The translations under genes and the position numbers were made by a program. Under the pieces are notes generated by a model, which had not been told where the DNA came from, made no database searches, and worked only from the letters and a program-made list of their open reading frames with translations. From contig JANMLN010000179.1 of the NCBI GenBank assembly GCA_031372565.1, forward strand, positions 1 through 26,232: a stretch of 26,232 nucleotides of DNA. Reading direction: 5' to 3'. Below, one piece after another: positions 7,696-17,686 of the stretch. Source of the stretch: Gemmatimonadota bacterium. GTDB taxonomy: Bacteria > Gemmatimonadota > Gemmatimonadetes > Gemmatimonadales > Gemmatimonadaceae. Position 1 is the stretch's first letter. Each line of letters begins with the position of its first letter.

Positions 7696-9039
7696 GTGAA
7701 TCCGATTCCGAAGCTACTGAAGTTCGTAGCAACCACCACCATTCTCGCGGTAGTCTCGGCGTGCTTCCTCGCCGTGACCTCACCCCAAGTGTCAAGCGAG
7801 CAGGTCTCGGCAGCGGTCGTCTTCGCTCTCGTCGGGCTCCTCTCGCATGCGTTGCTTTACCGCACCACGAGCAGCGTTGGTGGGACGGTATCATTTATAC
7901 CGTTCCTTGCAGGGGTCGTTGTTGCGCCAAACTGGTTTACGGTCATGACGATCGCCGCCGCCGCGGCGCTCGTAGAGATTCAATCAAAGAGAGCCGCAAT
8001 CAAGGCTGTCTTCAACACGTCGCAGTTTGCCTTGGCTGCCAGCCTAGCGGGTTTGGTGTTCAACGGCTTTGGTGGAGTGACACCACTGGATCATCAGGCT
8101 TTGGATTGGGACATGGCGATGCCTCTGGTGCTGGCGTTCGCTGCATATCTGCTTGTCAACAAGGTTGCCGTAAGCGCAGTCATTGGCATCGCCGAGGGAG
8201 GCGACGGTTGGTCGGTGTGGCGTCGGATTACAGATACCGCAATTCTCTACGACGTTCTCTCGCTTCCTTTCGCCTACGGCTACGCCAAAGTCTTCGCCGA
8301 TCTGGGCTGGCAATGGGTAATCGCGCTCTCTTTGCCTTTGCTCGGTGTGCGGCAACTGTATCGGACTAACTGGCAACTTCAAAGGTCGAGTGAAGAGCTC
8401 CTTCAGCTCATCGTTAACGCGATCGAAGCACGTGACCCGTACACTTCGGGGCATTCGCGACGAGTCGCCCACTATGCTACGATAATCTCAAGATCGGTCG
8501 GCATGCCGAAGAAGACTGTGGACCGCATCTTTACCGCGGCCATCCTCCACGATGTCGGAAAAATTCACGAAGATTTCGCCCCAATCTTGAGGAAGCCTTC
8601 CGCACTTACGGATGAAGAACGGGCGACAATTGAGAGCCATTCCGACCGCGGGGCCCAGCTGGTCGCCACCGTCTCGCAGCTTGAGGATATCGTTCCTGTG
8701 GTCCGGCACCATCACGAGAGGTGGGATGGGCGCGGATATCCAGGCGGCCTCGCGGGTCAGGATATCCCACTGGGATCTCGAGTGATCATGTTGGCGGACA
8801 CGATCGATGCAATGACATCTGATCGGCCTTATCGCCCGGCGCTTCCTAGGGAAGTTGTTCTCGCCGAGCTTGACCGTATGTCGGGCATCCAGTTCGACCC
8901 CGAGATAACGAGAAAGTTTGTGACGACAACGGGTCCTGATGAACTGTTTGAGGCGGTCGCGTCGTATCACGCGGACGACTTGCCTGAACGCGACGTGACG
9001 CGACTTTTCGATCGCGCCAAGCGAGTTCGCACTGCCTGA
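7696..9039 (+). CDS. Membrane-bound HD-GYP cyclic-dinucleotide phosphodiesterase (multi-TM sensor + HD-GYP)
   Basis: About 7-8 hydrophobic segments, then EARDPYTSGHSRRV, LHDVGKI, HHHERWDGRGYP and LADTIDAMTSDRPYR. Start at GTG 7696 is inferred; the ORF track uses TTG 7600. Confidence 0.92.
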   Translation: MNPIPKLLKFVATTTILAVVSACFLAVTSPQVSSEQVSAAVVFALVGLLSHALLYRTTSSVGGTVSFIPFLAGVVVAPNWFTVMTIAAAAALVEIQSKRAAIKAVFNTSQFALAASLAGLVFNGFGGVTPLDHQALDWDMAMPLVLAFAAYLLVNKVAVSAVIGIAEGGDGWSVWRRITDTAILYDVLSLPFAYGYAKVFADLGWQWVIALSLPLLGVRQLYRTNWQLQRSSEELLQLIVNAIEARDPYTSGHSRRVAHYATIISRSVGMPKKTVDRIFTAAILHDVGKIHEDFAPILRKPSALTDEERATIESHSDRGAQLVATVSQLEDIVPVVRHHHERWDGRGYPGGLAGQDIPLGSRVIMLADTIDAMTSDRPYRPALPREVVLAELDRMSGIQFDPEITRKFVTTTGPDELFEAVASYHADDLPERDVTRLFDRAKRVRTA

Positions 9040-9089
9040 CCCGCGAGTTCAGGTGCAACGCGATTGTGATCTGTTGATTTCGATCGCCC

Positions 9090-12000
9090 CTAAATTCGAA
9101 CCTTGGTCGCCCGCTTTCGTAGCTGCTCGATGGTCGTCGCTAGTTCGGTGGTAGCGGGTCCGATCTCGAACCGGTGTGCGGACAGCCTCAGTAGGAACTT
9201 CAGCGCCCTCGTCGACCCTACTCGACTTTCAATGGCGCGCGCAGCGGTCGCTTGGACGAAGTCAGCACGGGGCCACGACCTAAATCTGAACGCGTAAGCG
9301 ACCAGCATCCGCGCTTCATCAATCTCGATGTGACGCCCGGCGGCGCTCAGCTTCGCGGCAGCGCGGGTAGCGAGAACATTTCCTCGGCTTCGGTGGTCCG
9401 ACGGAAGTTTACCGTGCAGCAGAGTATCTACCGCTGGATGCACAGTGTGCTCAAGCTCCCCCTTCGTCTGTAAATGACAGCGGGCTATCACGAGTGCGAG
9501 CGATGTCGCATCGATTCGCAACTCGCCTGTGGCTTGATGAGTATGCAACTGTGCCATCAATGGCACGGTCCGCGCTATATCGCCGACATCTAGATGAAAG
9601 TTGATCTGAGCTGCGAGCACCAATCCTGTCATTTGGTGAGCCCCTAACTCGCGAAGACGATCCATGCATTCGGCAAAGAAATCGGTAGCACGCGGGCGGT
9701 CGCCGATCGAACGCAATACAACGGTGGCATCCATGAGGGCAGAGAGAAGTGGAACGGGTGCACCAAGGCGCCTCGCTAAGGCGATGCGCTGATCTGCGAG
9801 GAGTCGAGCCGACTGCAGATCGCCCGAGTAGTATGCGAGTAGCATCTGAGCCTTGAGCAGGCTATCGCTGCGAAAGTCATCTGAGTCGGTCTCCTTGCTT
9901 CGGAGCGAGAGGAGTGGCCCCATTGCACTCCTAGCTAGGTGCTGATCTGCCAAAACAACGGTGTTGATCAGGACCTGCGCACGAATCGGACTGTCTGATC
10001 TTGTTGCTTTCGCCAAGGCTACTGCACGCGGCAGATCATTGACAGTGTGGGGAAGATCATTGGTGCGTGACCAGATGAGCATCACCTCAGCAAACGTCGC
10101 GAGTTCGCTGTTGTTGTCGCCACCCGCCGTAAGCGAGGCGAGCTCGGTAGCATGCGTGCGAACTAAATCGCGGTCACGCTCAGAGAACGCGATCTCAACA
10201 GACAGCTTCTTGGCGAGAGAGAGGAAGGCGCCGTCGCTCGCGGACGCGCTCTCTTGGATCTCACGCACAACGGACCAAGCAGAGTTAGTAGACCCAGCAA
10301 GCATGAGGCGCCGTGCGGTCTGTTGAATCAACTCCACCCCCCGCTGCTCCATGTTCGCCGCGCGCAGGTGCTTCGCACACGCCACCAACACCCCCGCGTC
10401 CGTCCCCTCGCGCGCGACCGGCTCCAGCACGTCCGCGATATACCGGTGCAGCAACACCACCGCCGCCTTGCTCGCCCGCCCCACCGCCCGCTGCGCGATG
10501 ATCCCGTGGCGCACCAGCGGCGCATCGACCAGCGTCTCGAGAAAGCCGGCCGCATGTAACTGGTCCAAGGCCTCGAGCAGGACATCGCGCGCGATCTGCA
10601 TCACGGACTCGATTCGACCCACCGTCGCGTGGCGACCCAGAAGGGCGCACACCTGCAGGCACCGCATCGCGGAGGGCACGATCGTGTCGAGGCGCTGCTC
10701 CATCAACGCGTCAAGGCTGGGAGGCAACTCGTTCAGGTCGCCCGTGCTGAGCCAATGCGTCGCCAGTGTGTGCACGTAGAGTGGGTTACCATTGGACACC
10801 CCAGCCGCGCGTCGCAGCAGCGCCGGTCGGTCCGCCGGAGGCTGACCATGCACCAGCGCGCCCAGCAGTTCGAAGCTCTCCTCTTCCGTGAGCGGCGGTA
10901 CGCGGACGACCAGAGCGCGCGAGCCACCCGACGCCATCTTTGGCAACTGCTCCTTCTGCTGCGCGGCGAATACCCACGCGACCCGGCGCGACGCCGCGTG
11001 CTCCACCGCCATCGAGTAGAAGGGAATGCTCGACGGGTCCAGCCACTGCGCATCGTCCACGGCAATCAGCAGCGGCCGCTCTGAGCTCACGGCATCGATC
11101 AGGTCGAGCACCGAACTGCGCAGCAACCGGTGCCGATACGCCGAGTCCTCCGGTCCCTGAGGCAGCGGCTCGTCGGCAGGATCGAGCTTGGTGAGGCGCA
11201 TCAACGCCCGATGCGCCGCGGGATCCACCCCCAACGCGCCGGGCTGCATCAACATCGTGCTCGTCATCACCTCGAGTGCGCACAGCGGTCGGTCCGGCCA
11301 GGTCGGTTCGCACGAGATCGTCACCAACGACCACCCCTCGAGCGCGGCCAGCGCGTTCATCTCGCGCACCAGGCGCGTCTTTCCCACGCCGGGCTCGCCC
11401 CACATGCTGACGATCGTGCCGACCTGGTCGCGCGCACGCCGCATGTGGTGAGCGAACGATTCCAGCATCGCGTCTCGACCGACCAACAACTTCCAGTCGG
11501 CCCGGTTGCGCACCGCTGCCGGCATCCGCTCGGTGATTCTCCGCTTGAGCAACGTCGGTTGGATGGCCAACTCCCCCGGCTTGCCGTCCATGGCCTCGAG
11601 GTACCGGTCGAGGAGCGCGACCGCCTCGGCCTTGTTCCCCTGAACGGCCCGCCCTTCTGCAAGGGTCAGTGTGGCCTCCTCGTTCAGCGGGTCGATGCCG
11701 AGGATCGCCTGCGCGTACGCCACGGCCCGCATCCACTGTGTGCGCATCCGGGTCTCTCGCAGTCCCGCCATCAGCCGTTCCGTCAGGCGACGGTGCACGC
11801 GGTCGCGCCAACGCTCGATGAGCGACGCGAAGGGCGCCGAGACGCGCGGCTCATACCCGTCAAGGAAGCTCCAGTGCTGCGTCAAGTCGGTCGGCGCTCC
11901 GTCAACCGCCAACCGTTCATCCACATCCCAGACCACCCCCGGCGGTAACGAGAGATGCTCACCGCGTGTCTCGATGAGCAGTCCGAGCTGGCGCAACTTG

Positions 12001-12200
12001 TACGCGGTCTGGCGCAGATTGTGGGCCGAACGCTCACGCGGCGCCTCTGGCCAGAGCAGTTCGCAGGCGCTGGCCCGTGACAGTGGCCGAGGGACGCTCT
12101 CGAGCAGCGCCAAGGTCAGGGCAAAAACGATCTCGTGGTCAGGCCCGACCTCCCGCTCGCTCAGGATGAGTCGTGGGGGGCCCAGCGTCTCGATGCGCAT
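9090..12200 (-). CDS. SARP/AfsR-like large regulator: wHTH-BTAD, STAND AAA ATPase, helical/TPR-like sensor
   Basis: LSRASACELLWPE...NLRQTAYKLR (wHTH), DPLNEEA (BTAD), LVGR, Walker A GEPGVGKT, Walker B LLIAVDDAQWLD, GNPLYV (GxP) and a helical C-terminus. Confidence 0.88.
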   Translation of the reverse strand: MRIETLGPPRLILSEREVGPDHEIVFALTLALLESVPRPLSRASACELLWPEAPRERSAHNLRQTAYKLRQLGLLIETRGEHLSLPPGVVWDVDERLAVDGAPTDLTQHWSFLDGYEPRVSAPFASLIERWRDRVHRRLTERLMAGLRETRMRTQWMRAVAYAQAILGIDPLNEEATLTLAEGRAVQGNKAEAVALLDRYLEAMDGKPGELAIQPTLLKRRITERMPAAVRNRADWKLLVGRDAMLESFAHHMRRARDQVGTIVSMWGEPGVGKTRLVREMNALAALEGWSLVTISCEPTWPDRPLCALEVMTSTMLMQPGALGVDPAAHRALMRLTKLDPADEPLPQGPEDSAYRHRLLRSSVLDLIDAVSSERPLLIAVDDAQWLDPSSIPFYSMAVEHAASRRVAWVFAAQQKEQLPKMASGGSRALVVRVPPLTEEESFELLGALVHGQPPADRPALLRRAAGVSNGNPLYVHTLATHWLSTGDLNELPPSLDALMEQRLDTIVPSAMRCLQVCALLGRHATVGRIESVMQIARDVLLEALDQLHAAGFLETLVDAPLVRHGIIAQRAVGRASKAAVVLLHRYIADVLEPVAREGTDAGVLVACAKHLRAANMEQRGVELIQQTARRLMLAGSTNSAWSVVREIQESASASDGAFLSLAKKLSVEIAFSERDRDLVRTHATELASLTAGGDNNSELATFAEVMLIWSRTNDLPHTVNDLPRAVALAKATRSDSPIRAQVLINTVVLADQHLARSAMGPLLSLRSKETDSDDFRSDSLLKAQMLLAYYSGDLQSARLLADQRIALARRLGAPVPLLSALMDATVVLRSIGDRPRATDFFAECMDRLRELGAHQMTGLVLAAQINFHLDVGDIARTVPLMAQLHTHQATGELRIDATSLALVIARCHLQTKGELEHTVHPAVDTLLHGKLPSDHRSRGNVLATRAAAKLSAAGRHIEIDEARMLVAYAFRFRSWPRADFVQATAARAIESRVGSTRALKFLLRLSAHRFEIGPATTELATTIEQLRKRATKVRI

Positions 12201-12318
12201 GGCGTTCAGAGGCTGTCGGTGGCTGATATAAAAGCAGGTGCGTCGCTCGGACCCTGCACGTTGTCGCGCGACGTCACTCGGGCGTCAGTTCAACCCACCT
12301 CCGGCCGTCTCGCCACAC

Positions 12319-12354
12319 AAATAAGCCCCACTTCCGCTCACGCAGAAGTGGGGC
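12319..12354 (-). terminator. Intrinsic terminator after moxR
   Basis: Minus strand reads GCCCCACTTCTGC-GTGA-GCGGAAGTGGGGC-TTATTT: 13-bp stem, GNRA loop, U tract. Confidence 0.85.
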
Positions 12355-12402
12355 ACTTGACCTATCCGAGACGCAAGAATCGCCGTCGCGACCGCGCGGC
12401 GG

Positions 12403-13410
<1,008 letters not shown>

Positions 13411-13493
13411 GGCAGCGGGGTCGAAGGTCGCGAAAGGTACGATGGGTGAGCGCAAGGCGCACCCGCCAAGTCGCGTTCGGCGGCGGATGCACA

Positions 13494-13528
13494 ACGGGCG
13501 GGCCGCCCCGTGTGGGACCCCCGCCCGT
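13494..13528 (-). terminator. GC-rich stem-loop between the BsuPI gene and moxR
   Basis: ACGGGCGGG (13494-13502) pairs with CCCGCCCGT (13520-13528); weak U tract. Confidence 0.45.
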
Positions 13529-13564
13529 GCGTCATGGTGCCTTGTGGTGTCTAGCGAACGCAGC

Positions 13565-14017
13565 CTAGGGGACTACGAAGCCGATCCGCTCCTCGACCGG
13601 GTGCGACGCGCTCGTGGTCGTTGCGACCAGGGTGTACGTCCCGGGCTTCGCATCGCGCCACTCTTCCGAGAAAGTGAGCTGCGCGTTCTTCGAGAGCGTC
13701 TCGGTCGACATCACCTGCGTGAACATGCGATCGTGACTCCACTGCCACACCGTCTCCCCTCGCGCATCGAGGACCGCAAAGTCGTGCGTCTGCGCGCTCG
13801 GAAACTGCAGTTCGACGCGCTTGCCCGTGTGATTCGTGAGCTCCAGCATGAAGGTCACGGCGGGCCCCGTGGTCACGTCCACGCGCGCATCGATGCCGTG
13901 CGACTGCGTTGTGGCGCTTCCATGCTGGGCCGAGCGCTCGCTCGCGTGGGAACGCGGCGAACACGCATACACGATGCTCGCGACAACCAGCAAGGCAACG
14001 GGAAGGCGCTTGTCCAT
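13565..14017 (-). CDS. BsuPI-like (proteinase inhibitor family, Ig-like) domain lipoprotein
   Basis: Signal peptide with lipobox-like [29 protein letters not shown]...[12 protein letters not shown] matches the BsuPI pattern. Confidence 0.8.
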   Translation of the reverse strand: MDKRLPVALLVVASIVYACSPRSHASERSAQHGSATTQSHGIDARVDVTTGPAVTFMLELTNHTGKRVELQFPSAQTHDFAVLDARGETVWQWSHDRMFTQVMSTETLSKNAQLTFSEEWRDAKPGTYTLVATTTSASHPVEERIGFVVP

Positions 14018-14080
14018 CGGAATGGGGCGGCAGCGGGGGGGCCCGAATCGTGAAGGGCGTCACGAATCGAACGGATCACC

Positions 14081-14109
14081 AACTTATGCACATGAGGACG
14101 AACTGTCAA
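14081..14109 (-). promoter_or_regulatory. Sigma70-type promoter for the BsuPI gene
   Basis: Minus strand TTGACA-N17-TAAGTT. Confidence 0.75.
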
Positions 14110-14274
14110 AGCGAAGGTCACGCGCAAGTGGATGCTGAGTCGTGACTTGCGTGGATTCACGTCCCATTCGGTATCTGTTCGGTTGAAGCCGAGCGCCGCC
14201 TGAAATGACGCGGGCGCGCGCGGCAGGTGGGGGCTGACGATCTGCCCGATTGTGGCGGCTCGGGCCCCCCTCGC

Positions 14275-14304
14275 TTGAACCACCCCCCGAGACCCCCTTA
14301 AGTT
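14275..14304 (+). promoter_or_regulatory. Sigma70-type promoter for the atp cluster
   Basis: TTGAAC-N18-TAAGTT, 9 nt upstream of ATG 14314. Confidence 0.6.
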
Positions 14305-14313
14305 TATCGGGCT

Positions 14314-14595
14314 ATGCAGGATGGACCCTCTCAACCGCCGCAACCGCCCCAGCCACCGGGGCCGCGCGACGGGCATGACGGGCCAACGGGGGCCGAATTC
14401 GCAGGGATTGGCGTCCAATTCGCAGCATCGATTCTCCTGTTCCTCTGGCTGGGTCAGTGGGTGGACAAGCGGATCGGCACGGCGCCGTGGGGGCTCATCA
14501 TCGGCGTTTTCACTGGGGCCGGGGGCGCGTTCTACGCGATGTATCGCAAGCTGATGGCGGCACAACGCGCAGACGACGCTCGGCGGAAACAATGA
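14314..14595 (+). CDS. AtpZ/AtpI-family (ATPase gene 1) protein
   Basis: GVQFAASILLFLWLGQWVDKRIGTAPWGLIIGVFTG, the 2-TM GxxxD...PW motif. First gene of the atp cluster. Confidence 0.9.
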   Translation: MQDGPSQPPQPPQPPGPRDGHDGPTGAEFAGIGVQFAASILLFLWLGQWVDKRIGTAPWGLIIGVFTGAGGAFYAMYRKLMAAQRADDARRKQ

Positions 14596-14957
14596 ACGAC
14601 GTGGCATCGGGCTCCATGCGCGGGGCCGTGCTGTACGCGGTGATCGTGCTGGTGGCCGTGTCGGGGTTGGGATGGTTTGCCGGACTGTTCTTCACGGGCC
14701 CGGCCGCCCATCGCGCGATCCTCACGAGTGCGGTGCTCGCCGTGGTCGTGCAACTGGTGGGGTTCGCCATCGCGTGGCGGATGCGACGGTCGAACGCCCT
14801 CGCGGGATGGGCGGCAGGTGCACTGCTCTGCGTGGTCACGCTGATGTTCTACGGGTTTGCGGTCGGGCCGCTGGGGCTGCCGCTCGAACCTGCGCTGTTG
14901 AGTCTCGCCGGCTTCTTCTTCGTCACTGAAACGCTCGAACCGCTCTGTCTCACCTGA
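14592..14957 (+). CDS. ATP synthase I-like 4-TM membrane protein
   Basis: Four hydrophobic segments. ATGA overlap with the upstream gene and TGATG overlap with atpB. Confidence 0.7.
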   Translation: MNDVASGSMRGAVLYAVIVLVAVSGLGWFAGLFFTGPAAHRAILTSAVLAVVVQLVGFAIAWRMRRSNALAGWAAGALLCVVTLMFYGFAVGPLGLPLEPALLSLAGFFFVTETLEPLCLT

Positions 14958-15991
14958 TGCTTCGATTGCTTTCGCGCCTCGCGGCGCTCGCCCTGCTGGT
15001 CTCCGCTGCGTCGACGGTTGGCGCGCAGGCCACCGAGAAACTCGCCCCGACGACCGTCACCGCTGCGGAGTCGCACGCGCCGAGTGCCATGTCGAGTGCC
15101 GCGCCTGACGCGGCGCACCAGGAGGCGGCCACCGATCATGCCGCCTCGGGTGGCCACGACGACGACATGATCACGCCGCACATCACCGACAGCCGGTATA
15201 TCGAGATCCCGACCTTCTCGCCGCCGTTCGTGCACGAGGTGAAGCTGCCGCGCTGGGCGCCCATCCATATCGGCGGTCTTGAACTCGACCTCTCGCCGAC
15301 CAAGCACGTGGTGATGATGCTGCTGGCGGCGTTCCTCGTGAGCGCCCTGCTCATCCTCACGGCGCGCGCGCAGGCCCGGCAGCACGCCTCGCACGGGCAC
15401 GCCAAGGGGTGGACCGGCGGCATCGAGGCGATGGTCCTCTACATCCGCAACGAAGTCATCATCCCGAACGTCGGTCCGCACGGCAACGGCTACGTGCCGT
15501 TCCTGCTGACGCTCTTCTTCTTCATCCTCGCGGCCAACGTGCTCGGCCTGATCCCGTACGGGTCCACGGCCACCGGCAACATCTCGGTGACGGCGACGCT
15601 CGCGGCCATCACCTTCGTGGTCGTCGAGACGGCGGGGATGCGCGCGCAGGGGATGGGCTACCTGAACACGATCTTCTTCTGGCCGCACGACATGCACATC
15701 GCGATGCGGATCCCGATGTCGATCATCATCTCGCCGATCGAACTGGTGGGCAAGTTCGCGCGACCGATCGCACTCGCCATCCGTTTGTTCGCGAACATGA
15801 CCGCCGGGCACATCGTCATGCTCGCCTTCATCAGCCTCATCTTCTACTTCAAGAGCGCGGCCAGCGGGGCCCCGTTCCTGATGGCGATCGCGATCTCGTT
15901 CCTCGAACTCTTCGTTGCCTTCCTGCAGGCGTTCGTCTTCACCCTGCTGGCCTCGGTCTTCATCGGCCAGGTCCGGGAGGCGCACCACTAG
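14957..15991 (+). CDS. atpB: F0F1 ATP synthase subunit a
   Basis: NVLGLIP, TATGNISVT, ARPIALAIRLFANMTAGH (essential Arg) and ELFVAFLQAFVFTLL. Confidence 0.97.
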   Translation: MLRLLSRLAALALLVSAASTVGAQATEKLAPTTVTAAESHAPSAMSSAAPDAAHQEAATDHAASGGHDDDMITPHITDSRYIEIPTFSPPFVHEVKLPRWAPIHIGGLELDLSPTKHVVMMLLAAFLVSALLILTARAQARQHASHGHAKGWTGGIEAMVLYIRNEVIIPNVGPHGNGYVPFLLTLFFFILAANVLGLIPYGSTATGNISVTATLAAITFVVVETAGMRAQGMGYLNTIFFWPHDMHIAMRIPMSIIISPIELVGKFARPIALAIRLFANMTAGHIVMLAFISLIFYFKSAASGAPFLMAIAISFLELFVAFLQAFVFTLLASVFIGQVREAHH

Positions 15992-16162
15992 TCGCTGTAC
16001 ACCCGTTGTCCCACGCACCGCGCGACGGGCTCGCGCGCGGTGTGCCCCGTACCCGGCCGGATGGCTGGGGATGCCCGCTGGGTCCCGGAACCCGATGGCG
16101 GGCCGCGCTGCGGTTTCGAGTGCGAGCCGAATCGACTCACGTTTCACCTATCGAGTACTGAC

Positions 16163-16444
16163 ATGAGCTTCTATCCGCTTCTCCAGGCCGCCGCTGCCGG
16201 CGCGCCCGCCAACGCCGGCCTCGCCCTCATGGGCGCTGCCATCGGCGCCGGTATCGCCGTGCTGGGTGCCGGTCTCGGCATCGGCCGCATCGGTGGCCAG
16301 GCCGCCGAGGGCATGGCCCGCCAGCCCGAGGCCGCTGCCAAGATCCAGACCGCGTCGCTGATCCTCGCGGCGTTCATCGAAGGCGCCGCGCTGTTCGCGA
16401 TCGTCGTCGCGTTCGTCATCCAGGGCAAGGCCACCTCGCTCTAA
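16163..16444 (+). CDS. atpE: F0F1 ATP synthase subunit c
   Basis: GAGLGIGRIG, ARQPE loop and AFIEGAALF (catalytic Glu). Confidence 0.97.
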   Translation: MSFYPLLQAAAAGAPANAGLALMGAAIGAGIAVLGAGLGIGRIGGQAAEGMARQPEAAAKIQTASLILAAFIEGAALFAIVVAFVIQGKATSL

Positions 16445-16453
16445 GGCTCCACC

Positions 16454-16487
16454 GGCTGCTGCGGGGGCCCGGGCTCCCGCAGTGGTC
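16454..16487 (+). other. Intercistronic stem-loop after atpE
   Basis: GGCTGCTGCGGGGGC-CCGG-GCTCCCGCAGTGGTC, 15 bp including 4 G-U pairs, no U tract. Confidence 0.65.
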
Positions 16488-16553
16488 ACGCCACGCTCCA
16501 GCATCACGCACCATCATCACGCACGTCGTCTTCACTCGCCTTCACGCCGCCCC

Positions 16554-17141
16554 ATGCCGCGCTTGTCCTTCCGCCTCGTCGCCGCGCTGACGTCCGTCGC
16601 GCTCACCGCCGCTCCCGCCTTCGCCTCCGAAGCCGAAGGGAAGCAGCCGGTGAACCTGCTGGCACCGAACGGCGGCCTGATGTTCTGGACGCTCCTGATC
16701 TTCATTGCGCTCGTGCTGATCCTCTCGCGCTATGCCTTCAAGCCGCTCGTGGCGGCGGTCGAGGCGCGCGAGCAGGCGCTCGCGGCCAGCCTCGCGCAGG
16801 CCAAGGCCGATCGCGAGGCCGCCTCCAAGCTGATGGCCGATCAGCAGGCCGCACTCGACGCCGCGCGCCGCGAGGCGCAGCAGATCGTCGCCGATGGCCG
16901 CGCAGCGGGCGAGAAGCTCAAGGCCGACCTCCTCGAGGCCGGCAAGGTGCAGCAGGGCGAACTGCTGGAGCGCGCGCGTCGCGAGATCGTCGGCGAGAAG
17001 GAGCGCGCGATCGTCGAACTGCGCCGCGAAGCCGTGGACCTCGCCATCCGCGGCGCGGGCAAGGTGATCGAGCAGAACCTCGATTCGGCCGCCAACCGGC
17101 AGCTGGTCGAGAACTTCCTCGCGACCGTCAAGGCGAGCTGA
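16554..17141 (+). CDS. atpF: F0F1 ATP synthase subunit b
   Basis: GLMFWTLLIFIALVLILSRYAFKPL..AVEARE followed by a long coiled coil; follows atpE. Confidence 0.95.
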   Translation: MPRLSFRLVAALTSVALTAAPAFASEAEGKQPVNLLAPNGGLMFWTLLIFIALVLILSRYAFKPLVAAVEAREQALAASLAQAKADREAASKLMADQQAALDAARREAQQIVADGRAAGEKLKADLLEAGKVQQGELLERARREIVGEKERAIVELRREAVDLAIRGAGKVIEQNLDSAANRQLVENFLATVKAS

Positions 17142-17686
17142 TGCGCGAACCGACGATCGCCCGCAACTACGCCGAAGCGCTCCTCGTCCTCGCCCAGAAG
17201 GCGAACGACATCGAAGGATGGGGGCGGCTCCTCGATGCGCTCGCCAGCGCGATGAAGAGCGACCACACCCTGCGCACCTTCCTCGAGTCCCCCAAGGTGG
17301 ACGCGAAGACCAAGGGCGCGCTGGTCGCCAAGGCGCTCACCGGGCAGTTCCCCGCATCGTTCGTGCACTTCCTCCAGGCGGTCATCAAGCGGGGGCGCCA
17401 GATGCTGCTCCCCGCCATCGCGATCGAGTACGCGACGCTGGTGGACACCGCCGTTGGACGCGTGCATGCGTCGGTCACGCTCGCGCGTGAGGCCGACGAG
17501 GCGGAGCGCGCGCGCATTGCGGCGGTCCTCTCCGCAGCGCTCGGCAAGACCGTCGTCCCGCACGTGGTCATCGATCCGACGATCCTGGGTGGCGTGATCG
17601 TGCGCGTGGGCGATCGGGTGCGCGATGGATCGGTCAAGCGCCGCCTCGCGTTGCTGCGCCAGCGCATGGTGCACGGCGCGCGGTGA
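17141..17686 (+). CDS. atpH: F0F1 ATP synthase subunit delta
   Basis: IARNYAEAL and IDPTILGGVIVRVGDRVRDGSVK. Confidence 0.95.
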   Translation: MREPTIARNYAEALLVLAQKANDIEGWGRLLDALASAMKSDHTLRTFLESPKVDAKTKGALVAKALTGQFPASFVHFLQAVIKRGRQMLLPAIAIEYATLVDTAVGRVHASVTLAREADEAERARIAAVLSAALGKTVVPHVVIDPTILGGVIVRVGDRVRDGSVKRRLALLRQRMVHGAR

